From positions 2,358-66,357 of the forward strand of contig PHDT01000006.1 of assembly GCA_002842695.1 (NCBI GenBank): a DNA stretch of 64,000 nt, given 5' to 3'. A program made the position numbers and the translations under genes. Shown piece after piece: positions 1 to 9,338 of the stretch (positions are counted from its first letter, which is position 1; each line of letters begins with the position of its first letter). The stretch is from Bacteroidetes bacterium HGW-Bacteroidetes-10. GTDB taxonomy: Bacteria > Bacteroidota > Bacteroidia > Bacteroidales > UBA932. A model generated the notes under the pieces. That model was not told the origin of the DNA. It did no database searches and saw only the letters and a list, made by a program, of their open reading frames with translations.

Positions 1-809
1 CCTCTGTCAAGGATCTTACGGAACATTTCAACACCTGTAACAGTTGATTTTCTTGGCTCTTCTCCAAGACCAATGATCTGAATCTCTTCACCTGTTTTGA
101 TAACACCTGTTTCGATACGACCTGTAGCAACTGTACCACGACCTGTGATTGAGAATACGTCCTCAACCGGCATAAGGAATGGTTTTTCGTTTTCACGTGG
201 AGGAATTGGAATGAATTCGTCTACGCTCTTCATTAGTTCCATTACTTTATCTTCCCACTGAGCATCTCCGTTAAGAGCGCCAAGTGCAGAACCGCGGATA
301 ACTGGTGCGTTGTCGCCGTCGAAGTTGTAGAAGCTAAGAAGTTCGCGAACTTCCATCTCTACTAGGTCAATCATTTCGGGGTCGTCAACTATATCTACTT
401 TATTAAGGAATACAACGATTCTTGGTACGTTTACCTGACGTGCAAGAAGGATGTGCTCGCGGGTCTGAGGCATAGGGCCGTCAGTTGCAGCAACAACAAG
501 GATTGCACCGTCCATCTGAGCAGCACCTGTTACCATGTTCTTAACATAGTCGGCGTGACCAGGACAGTCAACGTGAGCATAGTGACGATTTTCAGTCTGA
601 TACTCAACGTGAGCTGTGTTAATAGTAATACCACGCTCTTTTTCTTCAGGAGCGTTGTCGATTGAATCAAATGAGCGAACTTCAGAGAGACCTTTTCTGG
701 CAAGCACCATGGTGATTGCAGCGGTCAGTGTGGTTTTACCGTGGTCAACGTGGCCAATGGTACCAATGTTAACGTGCGGCTTGTCCCTTTTAAAAGTTTC
801 TTTTGCCAT
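1..809 (-). CDS. tuf: Elongation factor Tu, N-terminal ~269 codons (gene runs off the window start)
   Basis: Minus-strand translation from the ATG at 807-809 reads [28 protein letters not shown]... and contains DCPGH. It is absent from the ORF track because no stop lies in the window. It sits downstream of a Thr-Tyr-Gly-Thr tRNA cluster, as in thrU-tyrU-glyT-thrT-tufB. Confidence 0.95.
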   Translation of the reverse strand, partial: MAKETFKRDKPHVNIGTIGHVDHGKTTLTAAITMVLARKGLSEVRSFDSIDNAPEEKERGITINTAHVEYQTENRHYAHVDCPGHADYVKNMVTGAAQMDGAILVVAATDGPMPQTREHILLARQVNVPRIVVFLNKVDIVDDPEMIDLVEMEVRELLSFYNFDGDNAPVIRGSALGALNGDAQWEDKVMELMKSVDEFIPIPPRENEKPFLMPVEDVFSITGRGTVATGRIETGVIKTGEEIQIIGLGEEPRKSTVTGVEMFRKILDR

Positions 810-852
810 GATAGTTAATTTTAATATTAATGAATTTATTACACACTTGTAG

Positions 853-924
<72 letters not shown>

Positions 925-932
925 TTACTAAG

Positions 933-1005
933 AGCGGAAGACGAGGTTCGAACCCGCGACCCTCAGCTTGGAAGGCTGATGCTCTACCGACTGAGCTACT
1001 TCCGC
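933..1005 (-). tRNA. tRNA-Gly (anticodon TCC)
   Basis: 73-nt minus-strand cloverleaf. Acceptor GCGGAAG/CTTCCGC is perfect, the D arm is GCTC-AGTCGGTA-GAGC, the anticodon arm is TCAGC-CTTCCAA-GCTGA, and the T loop is TTCGAAC. Confidence 0.92.
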
Positions 1006-1019
1006 AAAATAAAAAATCG

Positions 1020-1102
1020 TGGGGAGAGCAGGATTCGAACCTACGAAGGCGTACGCCAGCAGATTTACAGTCTGCCCCAGTTGGCCACTTTGGTATCTTC
1101 AA
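1020..1102 (-). tRNA. tRNA-Tyr (anticodon GTA), class II with long variable arm; acceptor stem imperfect
   Basis: Minus strand shows anticodon arm GCAGA-CTGTAAA-TCTGC, variable arm TGGCGTACGCCTTC and T arm GTAGG-TTCGAAT-CCTGC. The 3' acceptor strand is TCTCCCC but the 5' strand reads TTGAAGA, so pairs 1-72, 2-71 and 4-69 are mismatched (see findings). Confidence 0.7.
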
Positions 1103-1113
1103 AAAACTTCTAG

Positions 1114-1187
1114 AGCCGATGGAGGGATTCGAACCCCCGACCAGCTGATTACAAATCAGCTGCTCTGGCCAACTGAGCTACATCGGC
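1114..1187 (-). tRNA. tRNA-Thr (anticodon TGT)
   Basis: 74-nt minus-strand cloverleaf. Acceptor GCCGATG/CATCGGC is perfect, the anticodon arm is GCTGA-TTTGTAA-TCAGC, and the T arm is GGGGG-TTCGAAT-CCCTC. Confidence 0.92.
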
Positions 1188-1222
1188 GTTTACTGCTCAT
1201 TCCCTTTTGGAATTAGGGACTG

Positions 1223-1254
1223 CAAAGATATAGGTTTTTGATTAAACTCCAAAA
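1223..1254 (-). promoter_or_regulatory. Candidate Bacteroidota-type promoter of the tRNA-tuf operon
   Basis: On the minus strand, TTTG (1254-1251) is followed by a 20-nt spacer and TATCTTTG (1230-1223). This matches the -33 TTTG / -7 TAnnTTTG consensus and lies about 35 nt upstream of tRNA-Thr(TGT). Confidence 0.5.
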
Positions 1255-1293
1255 AAAAATATAAAATTCTTAGCCCTATACCTCAAAAGATTT

Positions 1294-2661
1294 TCAGATT
1301 AAAAGTATCAGCCCAATTCTGTATGCGAAAAAGGCTGCTACCCAGGCAACTGCAATTGTGCTGAAAATTGATATGACTGCCCATTTCCATGTGCCTGTCT
1401 CTTTTCTAATTGTGAATGCTGTTGCAACACACGGCATGTATAAAAGGGCGAATATCATGAATGATAACGCATTAGCTTTGTTGAAGACCTCTTCCTCCCT
1501 GATACGGGCCATCAGTGAAGTGTTAACTGCGGCCCCGGGGCTCGTCTCTTCTGCTTGATACACTACTCCAAGTGTGCTGATAATAAATTCTTTGGCAGTT
1601 ATACCGGTTACAAGGCTCACACTCATTTTCCAGTCAAACCCGAGAGGCTTCATTGCAGGCTCCATAGCCTTGCCAAAGTGTTCGAGATAGGAAACCCTTT
1701 CAGGCTGAGGGTTCTTCTTGTCCTGCAAAGGAAAATAGTCAAGCGCCCATACTATGATTACTGCAAGAAGAACAACTGTACCAATCTTTTTTAGATATTC
1801 CGAGGCTGTATCCCACATGTTCTTCACAGATGTTTTCAGTGAGGGGTTTTTATAAGCGGGGAGCGGAATAGAATAGTCTTTAATACCAAAGTTGAAGAAT
1901 ATTTTTTTAAACAGAATTGCCATTGCAATACCGGTAAGGATACCCCCAAAGTAAAGCAGACTAAGTACCATTACCTGGTTTTCAGGGAAAAATATTCCGG
2001 AAAAGAGCAGGAATGTTGGTATTCTTGCGCTGCATGGTATATAAGGTATCATGAGCATAGTCAGAATCCGGTCAGACTTGCGCTCAATGGTGCGTGTGGC
2101 CATAATAGCAGGTACATTACATCCAAATCCCATAAGTAACGGGATGAATGAACTGCCGTGCAGCCCAATTTTGTGCATGTATCTGTCCATTATTGTGGCA
2201 GCTCTGGGGAGATACTCCGTCTCCTGAAGCAATGATAAAAAGAAGAACAGAATAAGAATGTTTGGAAGAAAAGCGAGTACGCTTCCAACCCCCATTATTA
2301 CTCCCTGGCTTATAAAATCGTTGAGCCATCCCTGAGCCATTGTGTTGTTAATGTAAATGGCAGACTGATCCATAAGCCATTCAATTCCAGCCTGAGGGTA
2401 TGATCCCAGGCGGAATGTGGCAAAGAAGATGAACCAGATTATAAAAATAAAGGAGAGAAGACCCCAGACAGGATGGGTAAGAAATTTGTCAAGTCTCTCG
2501 CTTCTTTCATCAAGCCTGGGCGTAAAGTGTTTGTACTTTACACCTTTGATTAATGAGTATTTTGCCTTAGGCTTATGGTGCCCGGAATCACCGTTTTCGT
2601 TTCCTGAACGGGCTCCGTCTCGTACAAAGCTATATCTGTTATTTTCCTTTTTGTGTGACAT
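1294..2661 (-). CDS. FeoB-family membrane (gate / FeoB_C) domain protein lacking the N-terminal GTPase domain
   Basis: The ORF 1294..2757 was trimmed to the ATG at 2661 (MSHKKENN...). It is a multi-pass membrane protein with FeoB-permease-like blocks (LPNILILFFFLSLLQETEYLPRAA, GLHGSSFIPLLMGFGCNVPAIMATR, YMPCVATAF). No G1-G5 GTPase motifs are present. Confidence 0.75.
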   Translation of the reverse strand: MSHKKENNRYSFVRDGARSGNENGDSGHHKPKAKYSLIKGVKYKHFTPRLDERSERLDKFLTHPVWGLLSFIFIIWFIFFATFRLGSYPQAGIEWLMDQSAIYINNTMAQGWLNDFISQGVIMGVGSVLAFLPNILILFFFLSLLQETEYLPRAATIMDRYMHKIGLHGSSFIPLLMGFGCNVPAIMATRTIERKSDRILTMLMIPYIPCSARIPTFLLFSGIFFPENQVMVLSLLYFGGILTGIAMAILFKKIFFNFGIKDYSIPLPAYKNPSLKTSVKNMWDTASEYLKKIGTVVLLAVIIVWALDYFPLQDKKNPQPERVSYLEHFGKAMEPAMKPLGFDWKMSVSLVTGITAKEFIISTLGVVYQAEETSPGAAVNTSLMARIREEEVFNKANALSFMIFALLYMPCVATAFTIRKETGTWKWAVISIFSTIAVAWVAAFFAYRIGLILLI

Positions 2662-4510
2662 TAAGAATTGTATTAAGTATCCCTGCAGAGTCGTAACCGC
2701 ATTCAGCTTTAAGCTGAGCAACGGTTCCCTGCTCCACAAAATGATCTGGGATTCCAAGGTGAACCACCTTTACAGGAAGGCCTTCAGATGCGATGTATTC
2801 GGAGACTGCCGAAAACAATCCGCCTACAACGGAAGCGTCTTCAAGAGTAATGATGGTATTGCATTGTGCCGCCTTTTTAAGAGCGTCCGGGTCAAGAGGT
2901 TTAAGGAACCTCATATCGTAATGAAGGACTGATATCCCTCTCTCTTCTGCTTTTTTGATTGCATCTGCTGCCGAGAGTCCGGCTGTCCCGATGCTAAGAA
3001 TGGCAACATCTGTTCCTTCATTGAGCAGCTGAGCCTTTCCTACGGGAATCACTTCATATTTTGCCTCTTTCCACGGGAGGCCGACCCCATTGCCTCGCGG
3101 ATACCTTATGGTACACATTCCCCATGAAGGGAGCTGAGCTGAGTACAGCATGTTTTTGAGCTCTATTTCATTGAGCGGAGCTGCAATAATCATGTTAGGG
3201 ATGCATCTCATATAAGAGAGATCATATGCGCCGTGGTGTGTTGCTCCGTCTTCACCTACCAGCCCGCCTCTGTCAAGACAGAAGATCACTTTCAGATCCT
3301 GAGTTGCAACATCATGAATTACGCTGTCATAGGCTCTCTGCATAAAGCTTGAGTATATATTGCAGTAGGGTAGTAGCCCCTTAGCAGCCATGCCTGCAGA
3401 AAAAGTTACTGCGTGCTGTTCTGCTATTCCAACATCAAACGATCGCTCAGGAATCTCCTGCATCACAATATTCATTGAACATCCGCTTGGCATTGCGGGG
3501 GTAACTCCAACAATAGCCGGATTCATTCTTGCAAGTTCCAGCAATGTCTCCCCAAACACATCCTGGTATCTTGATGCCGCAGGTGTTCCATTGGATTTTC
3601 TCAACCCGGTGTTCTTGTCAAAATTACCCGGTGAGTGCCAGATAACCTGATCATCTTCGGCCGGTTTGTACCCTTTGCCTTTTTTGGTGACTATATGCAA
3701 AAGTTTTGGCCCTTTGATCTCTTTCAACTGAGCAATTGTCTCAAGTAAATGAGGTAGATTATGGCCGTCAATAACTCCAAAGTATCTGAATCCAAGCGCC
3801 TCGAATATTGACCCGCTTTTAAAGAAGGCAGCCTTTGTGCTGAACATGAACTTTCCGGCAAGGTTTCGCAGCTTTTCTGAGCCAAGAAACTTCCAGATCT
3901 TTGTTTTGGTAGTATTGTAAAAATGAGATGTAGTAAACCTTATAAGATAGTTGTGCATCGCTCCCACATTAGGGTCGATTGAAATCTGATTATCGTTAAG
4001 TATAACCAGAATATCTGTCTTGTGAGCACCTGCATTGTTGAGCCCCTCATATGCCAGACCTCCGGTAAGCGCACCGTCTCCAATCACAGCAACCACCTGT
4101 TCGTTGCTGCCTTCAAGATTTGATGCAACAGCCATTCCCAGTGCGGCAGAGATTGAAGTAGAGGAGTGTCCTACGCCAAATGAATCGTAAACAGATTCGC
4201 TCATTTTAGGGAAACCACTTATTCCTTTGTATTTGCGATTATTAACGAAGGCATCTCTTCTGCCTGTGAGTATTTTATGGGCGTAAGCCTGGTGACCTAC
4301 ATCCCAGATAAGTTTGTCCTTTGGTGTGTTATAAAGATAATGAAGGGCAACCGTAAGTTCTACGGTCCCCAGACTGGCCCCTATGTGGCCCGGATTTTCT
4401 GCACATGCAGATATAATAAACTCTCTCAGCTCCTCGCACAACTCCGGTAATTGTTCAGCTTTAAGTCTTTTGAGATCCTCAGGTGAATTGATTTTGTCCA
4501 AATACCTCAT
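2639..4510 (-). CDS. dxs: 1-deoxy-D-xylulose-5-phosphate synthase
   Basis: Start trimmed to MRYLDKINSPEDLK (ATG 4510). Typical Dxs blocks are present (GHIGASLG, DVGHQAYAHKILTGRR, thiamine-diphosphate motif GDGALTGG...NDN), along with transketolase-like C-terminal domains. Confidence 0.95.
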   Translation of the reverse strand: MRYLDKINSPEDLKRLKAEQLPELCEELREFIISACAENPGHIGASLGTVELTVALHYLYNTPKDKLIWDVGHQAYAHKILTGRRDAFVNNRKYKGISGFPKMSESVYDSFGVGHSSTSISAALGMAVASNLEGSNEQVVAVIGDGALTGGLAYEGLNNAGAHKTDILVILNDNQISIDPNVGAMHNYLIRFTTSHFYNTTKTKIWKFLGSEKLRNLAGKFMFSTKAAFFKSGSIFEALGFRYFGVIDGHNLPHLLETIAQLKEIKGPKLLHIVTKKGKGYKPAEDDQVIWHSPGNFDKNTGLRKSNGTPAASRYQDVFGETLLELARMNPAIVGVTPAMPSGCSMNIVMQEIPERSFDVGIAEQHAVTFSAGMAAKGLLPYCNIYSSFMQRAYDSVIHDVATQDLKVIFCLDRGGLVGEDGATHHGAYDLSYMRCIPNMIIAAPLNEIELKNMLYSAQLPSWGMCTIRYPRGNGVGLPWKEAKYEVIPVGKAQLLNEGTDVAILSIGTAGLSAADAIKKAEERGISVLHYDMRFLKPLDPDALKKAAQCNTIITLEDASVVGGLFSAVSEYIASEGLPVKVVHLGIPDHFVEQGTVAQLKAECGYDSAGILNTILNVTQKGK

Positions 4511-4725
4511 TACTCCTATTCTCTTTCTATTTAATAACAACCAACCCTTAGGTTTGTTGAAGGTTACTTAAATCAAATTTGCGGGAATATCCCGATAAAA
4601 AACAAGACAAGATACAACATATTTCCAAAAGGGCGGAAATAAATATTTATTTTGATTTTTGGAGAAATTAGCATAGTTTAGTGACCGCTTAACTAAAAAT
4701 TTTAATCACAAAAACCTTATTAACT

Positions 4726-6102
4726 GTGAAAAATAAAACTCTGTTACTGAAGGATAGAGGTCCAATCCGATGGACTGTTCTCATCCTTCTTTCTTTGATG
4801 ATGTTCTTTGCATACATGTTTGTAGATGTGCTCTCTCCTTTGCAAAGTTTGCTTGAAAGCGGCAAGGGATGGTCGCCGGAAAACTATGGAACATTTGCCA
4901 GTTCTGAGTATTTTCTGAATGTATTCGCACTGTTTCTGATTTTTGCAGGTGTTATACTTGACAAAATTGGAGTTCGTTCAACTGCGTTGCTTTCCGGAGG
5001 ATTAATGGTAATAGGTGCTTCAATAAAGTACTTTGCTGTAAGCCCTGCTTTTGCCGGTACAGAAATTGAACTCTGGCTCAACTCATGGTGGACAAGCTTC
5101 CCTGCATCTGCAAAGCTGGCCTCATTCGGATTCATGATTTTTGGATGCGGTGTTGAGATGGCCGGTATTACAGTATCAAAAGGAATCGTTAAATGGTTCA
5201 GAGGTAAAGAGATGGCTCTTGCAATGGGTATTGAGATGGCAATTGCCCGTCTTGGTGTATTTGCCGTATTCAGAATCTCTCCAAGGGTTGCAGACGCTTT
5301 TGGCGATGTAAGTGCTCCGGTATTAATGGTACTGATATTGCTTTTAATAGGTCTGTTGTGTTTCTCTGTCTATTTCTTTTTTGACAAGAAACTTGAAAAG
5401 CAACTTGGTGAAAGAGGAGATGAGCCTGAGGAACCATTTAAATTAAGTGATATCGGAATCCTGTTTACCAGCAAAACTTTCCTTATAGTTTCAGGTCTTT
5501 GCGTTCTATATTACTCAGCAATTTTTCCATTTCAGAAATATGCTGCCAACATGCTCGAGTGCAGACTTGGCATTAGTAATACCGAGGCAAGTGACATATT
5601 TTCATTCTTCCCTATTGGCGCAATGGTTCTGACTCCTCTTCTGGGCGGATTCCTTGACAAAAAGGGAAAAGGTGCAACTATGCTTATGATTGGTGCTATA
5701 CTAATGATATCATGTCACCTCATTTTTGCACTTACGCCTGCAGCATTGTTTACCAAGGGTGTTGCATATACTGCTATAGTAATTCTGGGTGTGAGCTTTT
5801 CACTTGTCCCCGCCGCTTTATGGCCTTCTGTTCCAAAACTTGTTGAAAACCGTTACCTGGGATCTGCATATTCAGTTGTATTCTGGATTCAGAATATTGG
5901 TCTGATGGCTTTCCCAATGCTTATAGGATGGTCTTTAGCCGTTACAAACAAGGATGTTGCAAACCCGCTTCAGTATGACTATACTGTTCCAATGCTCATT
6001 TTTGCATCACTGGGCGTACTTGCATTCTTCCTTGCAATCTGGCTTAAGAGTGAAGATAAGAAAAAGGGATACGGTCTTGAACTTCCTAATATCCAAAACT
6101 AA
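4726..6102 (+). CDS. MFS transporter (paralog 1)
   Basis: 458-aa ORF with a GTG start and about 12 predicted TM segments. It shares the KWF(R/K)GKEMALAMG...ARLG loop motif with the next gene. Confidence 0.8.
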   Translation: MKNKTLLLKDRGPIRWTVLILLSLMMFFAYMFVDVLSPLQSLLESGKGWSPENYGTFASSEYFLNVFALFLIFAGVILDKIGVRSTALLSGGLMVIGASIKYFAVSPAFAGTEIELWLNSWWTSFPASAKLASFGFMIFGCGVEMAGITVSKGIVKWFRGKEMALAMGIEMAIARLGVFAVFRISPRVADAFGDVSAPVLMVLILLLIGLLCFSVYFFFDKKLEKQLGERGDEPEEPFKLSDIGILFTSKTFLIVSGLCVLYYSAIFPFQKYAANMLECRLGISNTEASDIFSFFPIGAMVLTPLLGGFLDKKGKGATMLMIGAILMISCHLIFALTPAALFTKGVAYTAIVILGVSFSLVPAALWPSVPKLVENRYLGSAYSVVFWIQNIGLMAFPMLIGWSLAVTNKDVANPLQYDYTVPMLIFASLGVLAFFLAIWLKSEDKKKGYGLELPNIQN

Positions 6103-7526
6103 TGGAATCTGCAATCAAGTTACTGAAGAATTCTAAAAGAGCCCGCTGGTTTGTACTGCTTGCGCTCTCTATACCAATGTTCTCGTCATATTTCTTTGAT
6201 GACCTGTTTACAACAATAAGCCATATCTTCAAAAATCCTGAGATACTTGACCTTGGCTGGAATCTGAGCGACTACGGTTTTTACGGAGGAGCATACTCTC
6301 TGCTTTGTGTGTGGGGAGGTTTGGTGATTTGCGGAATGCTCCTTGACAAATGGGGCGTTCGTTTTACCGGATCGCTCTTTGTCGGTCTGATGGTTGGAGG
6401 TTCGGTAATTGTAATTTATGCAATTTCTGAAAGTTTCGCAAACAGCGCTCTGTACAGCTATATGTCTGGTTTCTTTGCAAAGCCTTCTCTGGCCCTTGCA
6501 TATGCAGGTGCTTCGATTTTTGGTCTGGGCAGCGAAATAGCAGGTGTGGCAGTTACCAGGTCAATTGCAAAATGGTTCAAGGGAAAAGAGATGGCTCTGG
6601 CAATGGGTCTTCAGCTTGCACTTGCACGACTGGGTACCGCTACTGCTCTTATTGTTATTCCAAGAATTGTTAACATTGAACAGGCATACATTCCGTTCTC
6701 GGAGACAAGCAAACCAGCGGCAGCAGCAATGATACTTATGATTATTGCAGTTGCGCTGTGGACTATGTTTGTTTTTACAGACAAAAGGTATGACAGACAA
6801 AATGATGAAGAGGATATCAGAAATGATGTAAAGAGTGTTAAAGACGATAAATTTAAATTTTCTGATATTTTCAAAATATTGGGAAACAAACACTTTATCC
6901 TGATTTCACTTCTTTGCGTCTTCTTTTATGCGTGCATAATCTCTTTCAGAAGGTTTGCAACAACTATAGTAATTCCAAGGTTTGATCTTGATGCAGATGT
7001 TGCTTCATTAATGGTTTCTCTGATTCCTTTTTCGACAATGATCTTTACTCCTCTGTTTGGCTCTATGATTGATTCAAAGGGTAAGGCTACAAGGTTTATG
7101 CTTCTTGGTTCGCTTCTTTTGCTGGTATCACACCTGATTATCGCTTTTGCCCCGGGTACGCAGTTCTTCGGTTATGCCGGAGTTGCCATACTAGGTGTGG
7201 CATATGCACTGGTTCCTGCAGCAATGTGGCCATCTGTTCCAAAGATTATTCCTGAGAAGAATCTGGGTACTGCATATTCTCTTATCTACTGGATACAAAA
7301 TATGGGTATGCTCATAGTTCCTATTGTTGTGGGCATAATTATCACAAAAACAAACGAATCCTTTCCAATTGCCGAGGAGGCCAGCCTCCAGAGTGCAATT
7401 AATGCTGAATATTTCTTTATTGCTCTCTCTCTTGTCGCTATTGCTGTTGCGGTAATACTCGGAAAATCTTCCGATAAAAATCCTCAGCTGGCACTTGATG
7501 TTCCAAATAAATCAAAGAAGAAATAA
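6102..7526 (+). CDS. MFS transporter (paralog 2)
   Basis: 474-aa ORF whose ATG overlaps the upstream TAA by 1 nt (TAATG). It has the same topology and motifs as 4726..6102 (AKWFKGKEMALAMG, PAAMWPSVPK, YWIQNMG). Confidence 0.85.
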   Translation: MESAIKLLKNSKRARWFVLLALSIPMFSSYFFDDLFTTISHIFKNPEILDLGWNLSDYGFYGGAYSLLCVWGGLVICGMLLDKWGVRFTGSLFVGLMVGGSVIVIYAISESFANSALYSYMSGFFAKPSLALAYAGASIFGLGSEIAGVAVTRSIAKWFKGKEMALAMGLQLALARLGTATALIVIPRIVNIEQAYIPFSETSKPAAAAMILMIIAVALWTMFVFTDKRYDRQNDEEDIRNDVKSVKDDKFKFSDIFKILGNKHFILISLLCVFFYACIISFRRFATTIVIPRFDLDADVASLMVSLIPFSTMIFTPLFGSMIDSKGKATRFMLLGSLLLLVSHLIIAFAPGTQFFGYAGVAILGVAYALVPAAMWPSVPKIIPEKNLGTAYSLIYWIQNMGMLIVPIVVGIIITKTNESFPIAEEASLQSAINAEYFFIALSLVAIAVAVILGKSSDKNPQLALDVPNKSKKK

Positions 7527-7541
7527 CATTGGTTATTATAT

Positions 7542-7580
7542 GAAAAATGAGCTGCTTTTTAAGGCAGCTCATTTTTTTTA
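7542..7580. terminator. Bidirectional intrinsic terminator between MFS (+) and purA (-)
   Basis: ATGAGCTGC (7547-7555) pairs with GCAGCTCAT (7564-7572). An A-run precedes the hairpin and a T-run follows it. Confidence 0.8.
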
Positions 7581-7598
7581 TTGTTACTAAGCGGGAGG

Positions 7599-8876
7599 TT
7601 ACTTTGAAAGCACCTCTCTGAAGATAGTCTGGTCTCTGTCCGGTCCAAGTGAGATAATGTTGATTGGAACTCCTGTCTCTTTCTCAATGAATCTTACATA
7701 GTTCATGAACTCAAATGGAAGATCACACTCCTGAGTTACTGCCGTAAGATCGCGTTTCCATCCCTTGAACTCTTTGTAAACTGGCTCAATCTCTGCGTAT
7801 GTGTCGAACGGAATTTCGTCAGTTTCAACTCCGTCAATTTTATATGATACGGCAATTTTAACAGTATCAAATGTGTCCATTACATCTGCCTTCATCATAA
7901 TGAGCTGGTCTACTCCGTTAACCATGATTGCATATTTGAGTGCAACAAGGTCAAGCCAGCCGGTTCTGCGCGGGCGGCCTGTAGTTGCACCAAATTCAAA
8001 TCCCAGTTTTCTGAGTTCTTCTCCTGTAGCGTCATTCAATTCAGTAGGGAATGGTCCGCTTCCAACTCTTGTGCAATATGCCTTGAAAATTCCTGAAACA
8101 GTTCCGATTTTGGAAGGAGAGACTCCAAGTCCTGTGCATGCGCCGGCACATGTAGTGGTTGATGATGTAACAAATGGGTATGATCCAAAGTCAACATCAA
8201 GCAGCGATCCCTGAGCACCCTCTGCAAGAACCCTTTTGTTGTCCTCAAGAAGGCTGTTCATCAGGTATTCTCCGTCAACAAGGTTAAAGCTCCTCAGATA
8301 TTCAACAGCATCGAGCCATTCTTCTTCGCGCTCATCTGCATTATATTCAAAGTCAAATTGTTTCAGGAAGGAGATGTGTTTGCTTTTGAGAGTGTTATAC
8401 CTCTCCAGAAAATTTGAAGCAAGAATATCTCCAACGCGAAGACCATTACGGCCGGTCTTGTCCATATATGTGGGGCCTATTCCCTTAAGGGTTGAGCCAA
8501 TTTTGGATGCGCCTTTAGCTGCTTCTGATGCTGCGTCAATTATCCTGTGAGTGGGGAGAATAAGGTGTGCCTTTTTTGAGATAGATATCCTCTCTCTTAC
8601 AGGAACTCCGCTCCCTTCAATCTGGAGGCACTCCTCCCTGAAGATAATTGGATCAATTACAACACCATTGCCAATGATGTTCATAGTGCTTTTACGGAAC
8701 ACTCCCGAAGGAATGGTGTGCAGGACGAATTTTTTATCGTCGAAATGGAGTGAGTGACCGGCGTTGGGACCCCCCTGGAATCTGGCAACAACCGGATAGC
8801 CCTTTGCAAGGACGTCAACGATTTTACCTTTCCCCTCGTCGCCCCATTGAAGGCCTAAAACTACATCAACTTTCAT
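7599..8876 (-). CDS. purA: Adenylosuccinate synthetase
   Basis: 425 aa starting MKVDVVLGLQWGDEGKGKIVD (P-loop QWGDEGKGK), with GIGPTY and TTGRPRR motifs. Confidence 0.95.
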   Translation of the reverse strand: MKVDVVLGLQWGDEGKGKIVDVLAKGYPVVARFQGGPNAGHSLHFDDKKFVLHTIPSGVFRKSTMNIIGNGVVIDPIIFREECLQIEGSGVPVRERISISKKAHLILPTHRIIDAASEAAKGASKIGSTLKGIGPTYMDKTGRNGLRVGDILASNFLERYNTLKSKHISFLKQFDFEYNADEREEEWLDAVEYLRSFNLVDGEYLMNSLLEDNKRVLAEGAQGSLLDVDFGSYPFVTSSTTTCAGACTGLGVSPSKIGTVSGIFKAYCTRVGSGPFPTELNDATGEELRKLGFEFGATTGRPRRTGWLDLVALKYAIMVNGVDQLIMMKADVMDTFDTVKIAVSYKIDGVETDEIPFDTYAEIEPVYKEFKGWKRDLTAVTQECDLPFEFMNYVRFIEKETGVPINIISLGPDRDQTIFREVLSK

Positions 8877-8890
8877 ACTGATTTATAATA

Positions 8891-9298
8891 TTAAAATGGT
8901 AGATCCCCGTCGTCCGGGGGTATTATTTCTTGGATATTCGGCTGGGTCTGTGCAGCAGGAGCTGAATCCTGTCTTTTACCCAGTATCTGAAGGTTATCTG
9001 CTACAATCTCCACAGTAAATCGCTGCACACCGGTTTTGTCTTCCCAGCTGTTTGAACGTATTCTTCCTTCAATAAATAACTGAGAACCTTTCTTCACATA
9101 TTTCTCTACTCTCTCTGCGAGGGCTCTCCAGCAGACGATGTTGTGCCATTCGGTCTGCTCCTGAAAATCACCGTTCTTGTCCTTGTATCTCTCTGTTGTA
9201 GCCAGAGAAAAGCGTGCCACCATTAACCCGTTTTCGAGGTGTCTGACCTCAGGATCTTTGCCGGCGTTGCCTATGAGCATGACTTTATTAAGTGACAT
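8891..9298 (-). CDS. ssb: Single-stranded DNA-binding protein
   Basis: 135 aa with an OB-fold N-terminus (MSLNKVMLIGNAGKDPEVR..TEWHNIV) and an acidic C-terminal tip DDGDLPF. Confidence 0.92.
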   Translation of the reverse strand: MSLNKVMLIGNAGKDPEVRHLENGLMVARFSLATTERYKDKNGDFQEQTEWHNIVCWRALAERVEKYVKKGSQLFIEGRIRSNSWEDKTGVQRFTVEIVADNLQILGKRQDSAPAAQTQPNIQEIIPPDDGDLPF

Positions 9299-9338
9299 TT
9301 TATTACTTGTTATTTAAACCAGACAAAGATAAAAAATT

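Noticed and set aside
2417-2932. 171-aa plus-strand ORF
   Set aside because: It is antisense to the junction of the FeoB-like gene and dxs, both of which have strong protein signatures.
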